This document shows positions 39,128 to 49,328 of a stretch of DNA of 64,000 bases, piece after piece. Every line of letters begins with the position of its first letter. The first letter of the stretch is position 1. The notes under the pieces were generated by a model, which worked only from the letters and a program-made list of their open reading frames with translations, ran no database searches and was not told the origin of the DNA. Where the stretch lies: NCBI GenBank assembly GCA_001179505.1, contig CDMY01000227.1, positions 186,001-250,000 on the forward strand, in the 5' to 3' direction. The DNA comes from Vitrella brassicaformis CCMP3155. Lineage: Eukaryota > Protista > Chromerida. Position numbers and translations under genes: made by a program.

Positions 39128-41114
39128 TCACTCCTGCTCGAGTATCTCGGCGAACGCCACCTGCCCATGGGGCTGCGGCTGGATGCGGGCATCTGCACCC
39201 ATAAACGCACACACGCAACACGTGCCCAGATAGCCAGCCCCCTTTCCTCCTTCCCCCGTCCCTCACTGACCATGTGGGGCGGTCCACCCAGCCGTGCCGC
39301 GGTCGGGAACGTGTGCGTCTGGCAGATCTTGGTCCTCCAGCAGCCGGGGAGTGAGTTTCTCCAGGAGCGCTGCGTGTCATGCACACAGCATCCCATGGAA
39401 GCAGAAGACATGAGCGAAGGGAAGGGGGGGGCCAGAGGATTAGTCCTGCTCACCTCTAGCATCAGGGTCGAGGCGTCGCAGGGAGGCCTGGATCTGCCGC
39501 TGGATGTCCACCGATTCGGCCGCACTTACGCGGCGCAGCGTCTTGGCCTTCTCGGTGAGGGCCTCGGTGAGGCGAGTCTCGCCCGGTTCGTCGGGCTTGT
39601 ATGCCTCCCTCTTGCCCTTGGGCTGCAGCCATGTGAGTCTGGCTTGGAGTGAGGCCGGCATCTGGCTCACACCTGCACATGCATAGCACGATAGCAAGGT
39701 TGGGTGGAGTCACTGCTGTGGTCTTGTCAGGCCCAGGGGGCGTGTGTCTACTGACTCAACTGACCTGGGATGAATTTGTCGGGGTAGACCTCGTGCAGCA
39801 GGAGGGCGATGGCCGTGTAGATGGCGAGACACCCTGCAAACGAGACATGCAATTGAGCGGGTGACAGGGATGAAGATGGGAAGGCATCCATGTCACCTCA
39901 CCCCCCACCGACTTACCGGCCACACAGCTGAAGCCACCGGCGATCTCATAGATCTCGGCATTGTATGCTCCGGCGCACGCCAGACTCCACTAGACGCATC
40001 CATGCGCGCAAGACACACGCACGCCCAACACACATCATAAACAAGCCTGTCTGTCTGTTCGTGTCTGGAGCCACTAACACACGTACGTAGACGACGACAA
40101 AGAAGAATGTGGCGATGCCGAGGAGGCTGCCTCTGAGGGAGCAGAGGAAAAAGGCGAACGAGACAATCAGCACCAGGATGCCCAGGGCGAAATTGGCATC
40201 CTGAATCGGCCCGTCTCCCACAGGCAACACCCTGTGTGGTAGGAGAGACAGGACAACAAAGCATGCTCAGCTTTGTTTGACTTCTGTGGAAATTTAGCTG
40301 ACCCTGTGTCAAAAGCACCGAGGCCGAGAGTCAAAAAGCCGTAGAAGGAGAAGATGGTCAGGCCCAGCGTGTTGCCTTTAACAAGCTGCAGAGACACACA
40401 CATACGAAACCGGAGCCTCTCCCCCTCCCTCCTTCCCTTCATACTTACCTCGCAAATGCCTGCCAGGAGCTGGCCTGGACACACAGGCAGACAGCCGTGA
40501 CAGATACGGGTGCGGCACACATGTCTCATCTCATGTCTCATCTCATTACCAACTCCCGAGTGTATCAGAGTGAAGGCCCCTATGGAACCAGCCAGACACC
40601 ACACAAGCGACGTACGCAGACAGGTGCCACAACTAAGTACTTGATGTGTGTCTGTCTGTCTGTCTGGCTGTTTGTCTGTTTGTCTGTCTATCTGGATCTT
40701 TGTCTTCTCTACATACAAGCTAAGCTGTACATACCGATGAATTGCGCGGCGTCTCCTTCGACCCAGCCGATCATCTTGAGGCTGAAGATGATGAAGGGCA
40801 TCCCAAACGCTATCAGACCAAACGGCATCGGATTCGCCACCTGAATGGATTCATCGACGGCCCATCTGATTCACCATTCCAATCCACAAACATTCAGTGT
40901 GCTGGCTCCGTACATTGAGAGCGACGGGGGCGAGGTCGGGAGCAGTCGACAGGCCCTGGCTAGACTTGTGAGCCCCACGGCGCCTCGTCGACTTGGTCGC
41001 GGCGGCTGCGAGAGACTCGAGGATAACCTGCGCCAGCAGAGTGGGGCTCGCCTCCGCGTCACCATCTTCGCCTTTGCCTGGCCCGGCAACGTCCTTCACG
41101 TCGTTCGTGGCCAT
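39128..41114 (-). CDS. GPR1/FUN34/YaaH (SatP/Ady2) family acetate/carboxylate transporter
   Basis: VANPMPFGLIAFG (the family NP(A)P(L)GL signature), GQLLAGICE, KGNTLGLTIFSFYG, GLAIYTAIALLLHEVY. Six TM-like exons plus hydrophilic N- and C-terminal extensions. Confidence 0.85.
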
Positions 41115-41347
41115 GCTTCTCCAGGGAGTCCGAAACGACCAGCCTTGCTCCTTGGGGCCTCAAAAGTTAAAGATATACGGATTCTCTTGCTCTACACCAC
41201 ACGACCGACCCGCTAACGGCATCGGCAGGAGAGAAGGATCGTCGGAGATACCGGGGATATATCGACATGATCCGATCCACAGCCAAGCACCCAGAACGCG
41301 AGAGCGAGAGATTACCGTTAGCGTCTTGGTAAGATACTTCTTCGGCA

Positions 41348-43252
41348 ATGCGAGGCGGCGCTGACAACCCCTATCAGCGCTACACAGGCCGCAAAGGAAT
41401 CCCCCCTTCCCTCTCGATTGCGAGCAGCACGAGTGACCTGGACGGCGCCATGACCGTGAGCATGACCAGACCCCATTTTGATGAGAACTCCCCCAGTACG
41501 CACGCGGGAGAGCGGACGCAGCCCCACAGGCACCGCTTCGACGTGCACATGAAGCATGAAGACCACACAAGACACCACCATCCAAACAGAGGGGTGTCGG
41601 ACCCCTCGGCATTCCGGCCATGCAGCAGCCACTCGGTGACGGGCGAGGAGACGCCGGGCCTCGCGGGCTTCCTCCCGTCACGGCAGGGCAAGTACGCGGC
41701 CACCACCCATCGGACGCTGCTGGCTGACAGCCCGATATCGCTCCCGGCTGGGCAGACTCACGTGCCGCATGTTGACGAGGCTATGGCCAAGGGCTCTGCT
41801 GCTGGTGGTGCGATGGGCAGCTCCCTGGCTGACCGCCGGCAGCGGGCGATGCTGTCAGTGGCGATTCCTCAGCGTGCCAAAGAGGGTGAGGTAGCTGGTG
41901 CGGGAGGCAGGTCGCCATCGGGTGTGGGTGACGAGTGCGTGACGCCCATGACGGCCCCACCGCACTGTCGCACTCGCAAGGGCGGCGCCTACTCGCCGCT
42001 GCCGGGGTGGCATGAGAGCACTGGGGTGGCTAGGGATGTCTACGAGGCGGTCAAGGAACAGGTGGGTGGGTGTGTGGGTGCGTGGGCGACACATGAGAGA
42101 GAGGAGGGGACGATCGTGCGTGTTGTCTGTTGTGTGCAGGGTCCGCCGTTTCCCAAGTTCCAGTTGTTGAAGGGCCTGACCCTCGAGCAGGCGCGCTTCG
42201 CCGGCATCATCCGGCACAAGTCACGCCAGCAGCCCGTTCCCCTATCTGCCTCACCGCACCCCGTCACCAATACCACGACGACGTGCAGCTACCGCCGGAG
42301 GCACACACTCGCCACACACCACCAGCACCAGCACCAGCAGCAGGGCAGCCCGTCCATCTCGACGCCCCAGACGCCCGTCATCCTGGGTGCGGACCCCCGC
42401 AGCCCCGCCAGCCACCGCGTCAAGCTCAACCTTGAGGCGGCCCTCGGCTTCGACACGGCCAGCCCGATTGTGTCGCCAGTGGATGAGAAAGCCGAGTGGG
42501 GCAAAGACGAACCAAATGGGGCGGACAAGACCACCGCTGGCTTGCGTGCTCGTGGCGACCGGCGAGCCCACACGTCCGGGTCATTTCTGTCGCCGGGGTC
42601 AGCGGCGCAGCATGGGCATGGGCATGGGGGGTGGCGAGGGTTCAACCGGCACAGCAGCCTGCCGCTGTCGCTGCACACGGGGTCTGGGGGAGGGGCGGGG
42701 GCGGGAGGGCGATCGACCGTGTCGCCCCGTCTTTTTGCGCTGCCTGAGGGGTCGACACCGACGGATTGGGAGAGACTGCACGACGCTGCCAATGGGACTG
42801 GTGCTGCATCGGCATCGTCGTCTTCCTCCTCTTGTGTATTGCTGGGCGCGCCCCCTCCCCCAGCCCCGCCTCCCTTCCCCATTCAGCAAGAGCCCAAGAG
42901 CGCGCCGCCCAATGTTGACGCCCACGAGCAGTGGGGCGACCGTCGTGATGGTGTACGTGAGGAGGATGTGGTGAAATCTGCCCGTGGCAAGTCGCCCCAG
43001 ATCACCCTGACCTCGCCGCTCGGACACAAGGCGGCCCTCGCACAGCCACCAGCAGCAGCAGCAGCAGCTCAGCCGTCATCTCCCATGTCTGAAGCATCTC
43101 CGGCCCCCGTTCCGCCTGCCCCGACCACTCTTCCGGCTGTGATGGTGCGGATGGGCGCTTTGCTTGATTTGTGGAAGCTCATGCAGACGGTGCAGGGGGT
43201 CAACGTAGAAGACACCCTCAGAGCCTTCGCGCCAAGCAGATATGAAGACTGA
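41348..43252 (+). CDS. Largely disordered protein of unknown function (about 600 aa, one probable in-frame intron at about 42061-42139)
   Basis: A 634-codon ORF with coding-like codon usage and an internal CAG|GTGGGT...GTGCAG| intron-like segment. No recognisable domain. Confidence 0.6.
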   Translation: MRGGADNPYQRYTGRKGIPPSLSIASSTSDLDGAMTVSMTRPHFDENSPSTHAGERTQPHRHRFDVHMKHEDHTRHHHPNRGVSDPSAFRPCSSHSVTGEETPGLAGFLPSRQGKYAATTHRTLLADSPISLPAGQTHVPHVDEAMAKGSAAGGAMGSSLADRRQRAMLSVAIPQRAKEGEVAGAGGRSPSGVGDECVTPMTAPPHCRTRKGGAYSPLPGWHESTGVARDVYEAVKEQVGGCVGAWATHEREEGTIVRVVCCVQGPPFPKFQLLKGLTLEQARFAGIIRHKSRQQPVPLSASPHPVTNTTTTCSYRRRHTLATHHQHQHQQQGSPSISTPQTPVILGADPRSPASHRVKLNLEAALGFDTASPIVSPVDEKAEWGKDEPNGADKTTAGLRARGDRRAHTSGSFLSPGSAAQHGHGHGGWRGFNRHSSLPLSLHTGSGGGAGAGGRSTVSPRLFALPEGSTPTDWERLHDAANGTGAASASSSSSSCVLLGAPPPPAPPPFPIQQEPKSAPPNVDAHEQWGDRRDGVREEDVVKSARGKSPQITLTSPLGHKAALAQPPAAAAAAQPSSPMSEASPAPVPPAPTTLPAVMVRMGALLDLWKLMQTVQGVNVEDTLRAFAPSRYED

Positions 43253-44024
43253 TTGAGTGACCCTGACCCATGCATGGGGTGGGGACGGATGGGTGGCCGG
43301 CCACTGGAGACGATTTCTTCGTTCGGTGGTTCTTCTTTTTAATGGATGAATGGATGGATGGATGTGTGTGGATGCATGTGCGTGTGCATGGGCGTGTGAG
43401 GGAGCGACTGGGTGGGTGCCGACACACACACACAGAGAGAGAGAGAGAGAGGCGACCGACCTGTGTGTCGTGTGCACCAGCGACCAGGGTGGTGTGGGGC
43501 GGTGATGGTATGTTGTGGATGGATGCTTTCGTGGCGTTGATGCGTCCGTCTGGCCGCCACTGCCCGCCAGGACATCGGGAGGGAGGGAGGGAGGGAGGGA
43601 GGAAGAAAGGGTGGGGGAGACTTTCTCGTTGGGTTTGCATGTCTGTCTGTCTGTCCGTCCGGCCGGCCGTCCGTGCATGTGCGTGCGTTGTGAGGACTTC
43701 TTCTTTCAATCGCGCACGCAGATTCGTGTGTCACATTGTCATGTCATATGTATGATGTGGGCGGGCAGGGACGTGCCATCCATCCTTTCTCCTTTCTCAT
43801 GGCACGGCACGTGTGCGGGCTGGATGTAGGGACGCACCGGGACCATGCAAATGTCTGGTCTGTGGTCCGTTCTTGCTTCCCTGCCGCGACCGCTCTGAGA
43901 CATCCATCTCTATGGGTCGGACAAGGCCCCTCTCTCGTTCTTTCTCGCTCGTCAGGGTGGTGTGACAGCTCCTTAAGAGTCTGATGAGTGGGGAGAACAG
44001 CGGCGGGGGGGGGGGGGGGGGGGG

Positions 44025-44324
44025 NNNNNNNNNNNNNNNNNNNNNNNNNNNNNNNNNNNNNNNNNNNNNNNNNNNNNNNNNNNNNNNNNNNNNNNNNNNN
44101 NNNNNNNNNNNNNNNNNNNNNNNNNNNNNNNNNNNNNNNNNNNNNNNNNNNNNNNNNNNNNNNNNNNNNNNNNNNNNNNNNNNNNNNNNNNNNNNNNNNN
44201 NNNNNNNNNNNNNNNNNNNNNNNNNNNNNNNNNNNNNNNNNNNNNNNNNNNNNNNNNNNNNNNNNNNNNNNNNNNNNNNNNNNNNNNNNNNNNNNNNNNN
44301 NNNNNNNNNNNNNNNNNNNNNNNN
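44025..44324. other. Assembly gap (300 N) preceded by a 20-nt poly-G run
   Basis: Read directly: G run at 44005-44024, then N at 44025-44324. Confidence 0.99.
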
Positions 44325-45583
44325 TGTACACAAACAGCGGTATTGTATCGTTGCTATCCCGATGGAAAGGGAGTGGGGCAGTGATTGGTCAAAGGAGGAT
44401 GGATGGATGGATGGGATTGGATTGGGTTTTCGTGTTCGGCGGCCGGGTCTGTCTGTCTGTCTGCCTGCGTGTTGGTGATATTTTTATCATCGCCTACCTA
44501 TCCTTCCTGCGTTCCTTTTGTTGCTGGCTGGTTGGTTGGTTGGTTGCTGGGGGCCGGTGGGCGTCTGTCTGTCTGCAGTAGGTCTTGTCTGAGCAAAGGC
44601 AAGCTAATACGTTGCGTACGATGTATGTTTGTACGTTTGTGCGTAACGCTGGGTGCGTGCGTGTGGCGGGGAGGGAGTATGTGTGTGTGGGCGTGGTTGG
44701 TGCGGACGGACGGACGAGACGGGACTCCCCTTCATCCATACCATAGCTCTGTAAAACGCTATTGTGCTATCTATCCTCTACATTGACAAACGCGCTTTAT
44801 CTGCCTATATGCAACGCATGTAGCCAGCGATTGATTGACTGACATGACAGATCCGATCCACCGATGCCTGAGTGTGTGTGCGCTGCCCACCAGTTGTGTG
44901 TGCTGCTCGACCCGACCGGACCGGCCAGAGGTGCCTGCCTGCGTGATGTGGCTGGCTCGCGTGGTGTGTGGAGTGGATGTGCTGTTGGGCTGACCGATTG
45001 CATTGCATTGCATTGCGTTGCATGCCTATGTACAGTAAGTACGGACGTGTTGGCTGACGAGCGAGATAGATAGGTACATCAAACAAATCAAACAGTGAGG
45101 ATTGACCACACACACACGCGGACGCAACACGCACACATACAGGCAGTGTCTGACAAAGACGATGCACGGTTATAAATAACACGGACACCTCGCCGTTCGT
45201 CCATCCGGACGTCCACGTTGTCTCAGGCGGCAGCTGTACACACACGCGAGCAGCACACCCATACATACCCTTGGATGCCGCACAGAAAACACCGGCCCGA
45301 GCCGCACAGAAACACCGCCCCCCACACCAATATCCGTCGGCCACTACCTCGGTCAGTCTGTCGGTCCACCCGGACACACCGTCCCATTTCCACAGACACT
45401 CACACACGATGCCCGTGTCGCCCGCCCTGGCAGGGAGCGGGCGGCTAATCTACATCCTGTGCTACTCTTTGGGGGCTGGCTAGCTGCCCAGCTACGTATC
45501 ACGTGCCCATCCATGCCCATCCGACCTCTCTGTCCGTCCGTCTGTCTGTCTGTCTGTGCGCCATAAGATATCGATCGCTCCGC

Positions 45584-48047
45584 TCATCCGTCGTCCTCAT
45601 CGCTGTCCTGATGGGTTACAAAGGGGTGCTTGAGAAGGTCCTGAAGGCACACACACACACATGTATCCAGATGTACACGCGATATTTTCTCCACATCTGC
45701 ACGCCTGCCTCGCCCACCTTGGCGTGTGGCCGCTGGGCGGCGACCTTGCGGAAACACAGCGCCAGGAATTCCCTGCACGTCAGCACCACATGACATGACA
45801 GCCATGAAGGCAGGCCACGATGATCGATGGGTGGAGTCTGTCTGTCGTGCTGGTTTGCAGGGAAAGCTTAGGCACCCACCTGAGGTCGGGGTCCTCCTGA
45901 GCGGCAGGCGGCAGTGGGGGCCCTGTCTTGGTGTTGGAGATGACCTCGATGGCCGCGAACACTGTCATGTTCTCCAAATCAGGCCTACAAGACACACACA
46001 CGCATACATACACACACACACACACGGATGGATGGATGGATGAGTGTATGGGCGTGTACCATGGGTGAGTGGCCGTCATCATTTCGATGACCACACAGCC
46101 CACACTCCAGATGTCGCTGCGACGACCTGAAAACAAACACACAAACAGATATGCACGTATTGATGCACACACGTAAAGGGAGAGGGTCAAATCGACTTAC
46201 CGGCTTTCTCGTGGACGACTTCGGGAGCCATCCAGTAGATGGACCCCTTGATGGGGATGGTGGGGCCGTCCTTGAGCGTCGAGCTCTTGAGGTTCTCCAC
46301 CTTGTGGCACGCACCGAAGTCAGACAGCTTCGCATTCCCATTCTGAAGCAAGGAGAGAACGGCAAAGGATGAGCACAACACACTGTGCGGTGTGCATGTG
46401 TCTTGTCGATGCCGTGACGTGAGTGGCTCACGCACTCACCCCGTCGACGAGTATGTTGGCGCCCTTAATGTCCCGGTGGAGGATCCCCTTGTCATGCAAA
46501 TACGCCAGACCTGCACACACACCCGCACCAGACCGGATGCCCGTGCAATGTCATGTCGGCTGCTTGATTGATGTCTCTTGCCTTCGAGGATCTCCCGTGT
46601 GTACTTCCGAACCAGACGCAGCGGCAGAGGACCTGCAGGTGAATCGAATCAGCCAGACAAGACAGCCAACCAGGAGGCAACACAACAATCACACACACAC
46701 AGGCACGTATGTAGGCTGTATAATGAATGCATGCATTGACTTGAGGGAGGGATTCGTGGCGAACGTACCGAATCGCTGCAGCATGGTTTGTATGGAGCCG
46801 CCCGACATGTACTCCATGAAGATGACAATCGACCGCTGGGGTCTGGGCGTGTCCTCCTTGTGCAATAGACAGCCGAGGTATCTGCACGCCGGAATGAGCG
46901 CAGGAATGAACACGGCGCGCGATGCGGCTCCTTCTGTCTGTCTGTGGTTCATGTTGACTCACTTGACGATTCTCTCGTGCTGGAACTGCTTCAGGAACGA
47001 TATCTGCAAATCCACCCATCAGCCAGAAGGTCAAGAGGGGATGCATTGCACCCACGGCTGTTCGATCGCTCTTGCCTACATACATACCTCCTGGAGCAGG
47101 ACGATGGCATCCCTCTCGTCGGTCATGAGGCCGGGGCCGAGGGGGATCTCCTTGATGGCCATGATCTTGCCCTTCATCGACAACGCCCTGTGGTGCGGCG
47201 GATGGGATGAGGCACAGTGTGACTATACTGACTGACAAAGGAGGTTCTCACTGCGTGAGTGTGCGTGTGGCGATGAGCTTACTTGAACACTTCGCCGTAG
47301 GCACCCTTGCCCAGCCGGTCACCTGAACGAACGGTGCACGTCAACACACATGCACACATGTGTGCTGTGCGTCAAGCATGCCGTCACGTGTTAGTACGTG
47401 AGCCTACCTTTCCGCCATCCTCTGAGGTCCTGGTTCTCCTTGTCCAAGTTGAGCTCCTCTATCCGCTTAGACAAGGAATCCATGTGACCTAAGTGACGAC
47501 CACCACCACCTCCAGCACCACCGCCACGCGGAGCAGCCCGGCCGTCCCTCCCGTCCACAGCACCACCTCCACCCCTCGCACCACCAGCACCTCTCCCCTG
47601 CTCCCTGCCATCCACCGCATCGGCGGCAGTCGGTGACGGCTCACCACTCCCCTTCGCTGGCACAGCCTCTCTGTCTCCCTTGGGCCTTCTCGACCCTGCA
47701 GACCTCGTGACGCGCGCAGAAGGGCTCGGTTGCGCCGCACCAGGACTCCCGTCGCCACTGCCGACCACGATGTATCTCCTGGGTATGCCTGATGACGTCG
47801 GGCGGCCCGGTGGCGGGTGGATGGACGGGAGGCCGCCGTCTGAAGGGGTGGGAGAGGGCGATGAGCGGTCATAGTCGGGGCCGTTGCGGCTCCTGACGCG
47901 TCTGTGGTTGGATGATGATTGGGGAGGGAGGTCGGGTACGTCGGGCTCTGGAGTGTCGGACAGCGGGAGGCGATGGGATTGCTCAGACGATGTGGGCCGT
48001 CGGGGCTCCACGAACATGAGCCGCTCCTTGGGATGATGATGGCTCAT
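45584..48047 (-). CDS. STE11/MEKK-like MAP kinase kinase kinase with a disordered N-terminus
   Basis: [106 protein letters not shown]. Confidence 0.9.
46511..46581 (-). other. Non-canonical GC-AG intron in the kinase gene
   Basis: GAAG|GCAAGA...GTGCAG|GTCTG is required to keep the conserved [13 protein letters not shown] in frame. Confidence 0.75.
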
Positions 48048-48250
48048 TCTGTCGAGCACACCTCCTGACAGAAACTGAGAGAAAAGGGACAGACGTGTAA
48101 ATGTGACGACTACGAGCGTTTGGTGTGTGTCGTTCTCGCCTAACAAACCGATTTTTGAGGTTTGTTTTGCGAGCTGCAAACCATCGCGAGCTTAGAGGTG
48201 ACTGGGTTTTGGATTCTCCCTGCACGATTTCAGCAGTCCAGCACTATCGC

Positions 48251-49122
48251 ATGAGGAGATCTGCCTTCCGTCATCTCGCCGCCGCGCTGATCTTCATCTC
48301 TGCACTCTTCTGCTGCCTTGCTTATCGCACGCCACTGCTGCGGCCATCACTTGCGCACCGAGTCAGGAGGCCGGCGGTCCAGATGACCCTGTCGTCGCCA
48401 TCTTCGGAGCCATCTGTACTGTTCGTCTGTCTTGGGAACATATGCCGCTCGCCGACCGCAGAGGCCGTCTTAAGGAAGCTGGCGCAAGACAAAGGGCTGC
48501 GGGTGAGTGAGTGCTTGAGCAAACAGAAGGATGTAGTTATTGTCAGTCAGCACATCCATCCATTGTGTCACTGTGGTGTCTGTCGATTGCATGCATTGCA
48601 GGTGGAGATAGACAGCTGCGGCACTGGTGGTGGGTCTGACAACTGGTACAAGCCCGACGGCTTCTCCTATCACGAGGGCGAGCCGAGCGACGAGCGCATG
48701 AGCACCGCCGCCAAGAAACGGGGCATCCGGCTTACCTCACGCAGCCGCCCACTGCGGCCAGACGACTTCGACCGATTTGATCTGGTGATCGGCATGGAGG
48801 AGAAGAACCGACAAGAGATCTTCCGTGCCGCCAGGGCCTGGGGGCGGCTGGATGAGGCCGTGAGGAAGACTGTCCTCATGACCGACTATTGCCGCGAGTA
48901 CGGTGATGTCACTGCGGTGCCTGACCCGTACTACGGCGGACAGAAGGGTTTTGAGAAGGTGTGTGCAGAGGGGAGTTCTCCATCGGTCATGTGTGCAGGC
49001 AGTGGTTGTGTCGTGTGTGTGTGTGACAGGTGCTGGATCTTTTGGAAGATGCGTGTGAGGGTCTGCTGCAGAAGCTGGTGAAGGAGAGAGAGCCATCAGC
49101 AGCATCGGAGAGGCGGATGTGA
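48251..49122 (+). CDS. Low-molecular-weight protein tyrosine phosphatase with a bipartite (signal plus transit-like) presequence
   Basis: P-loop VLFVCLGNICRSPTAE, DSCGT, general-acid loop VPDPYYGG, C-terminal VLDLLEDACEGLL. N-terminus MRRSAFRHLAAALIFISALFCCLA-YRTPLLRPSLAHRVRR. Confidence 0.92.
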
Positions 49123-49328
49123 CTCCTGCACTTACTGAAGAGAAAGACACCCGTATGGCTGCCAGGCTGGGTGTGTCCGATTGTGTGGCGTTCCGTGGTT
49201 GAATGAGGAACCTCTATGTGCAGTTTTGACTTCTCGTGTCTGTGTCTGTAGATGTAACGAATGAGGGTCACCATATCGATTGCCCGTCCACCCATCGATT
49301 CGTCCTACTCACTCGACCACCCGTCCCA

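Noticed and set aside
43744-45480. Possible minus-strand exons flanking the N gap (about 43800-43985 and 45190-45237) forming a hidden gene or a kinase extension
   Set aside because: The kinase has a clean stop at 45584. The fragments have no recognisable motif and the gap prevents joining them. They may be UTR.
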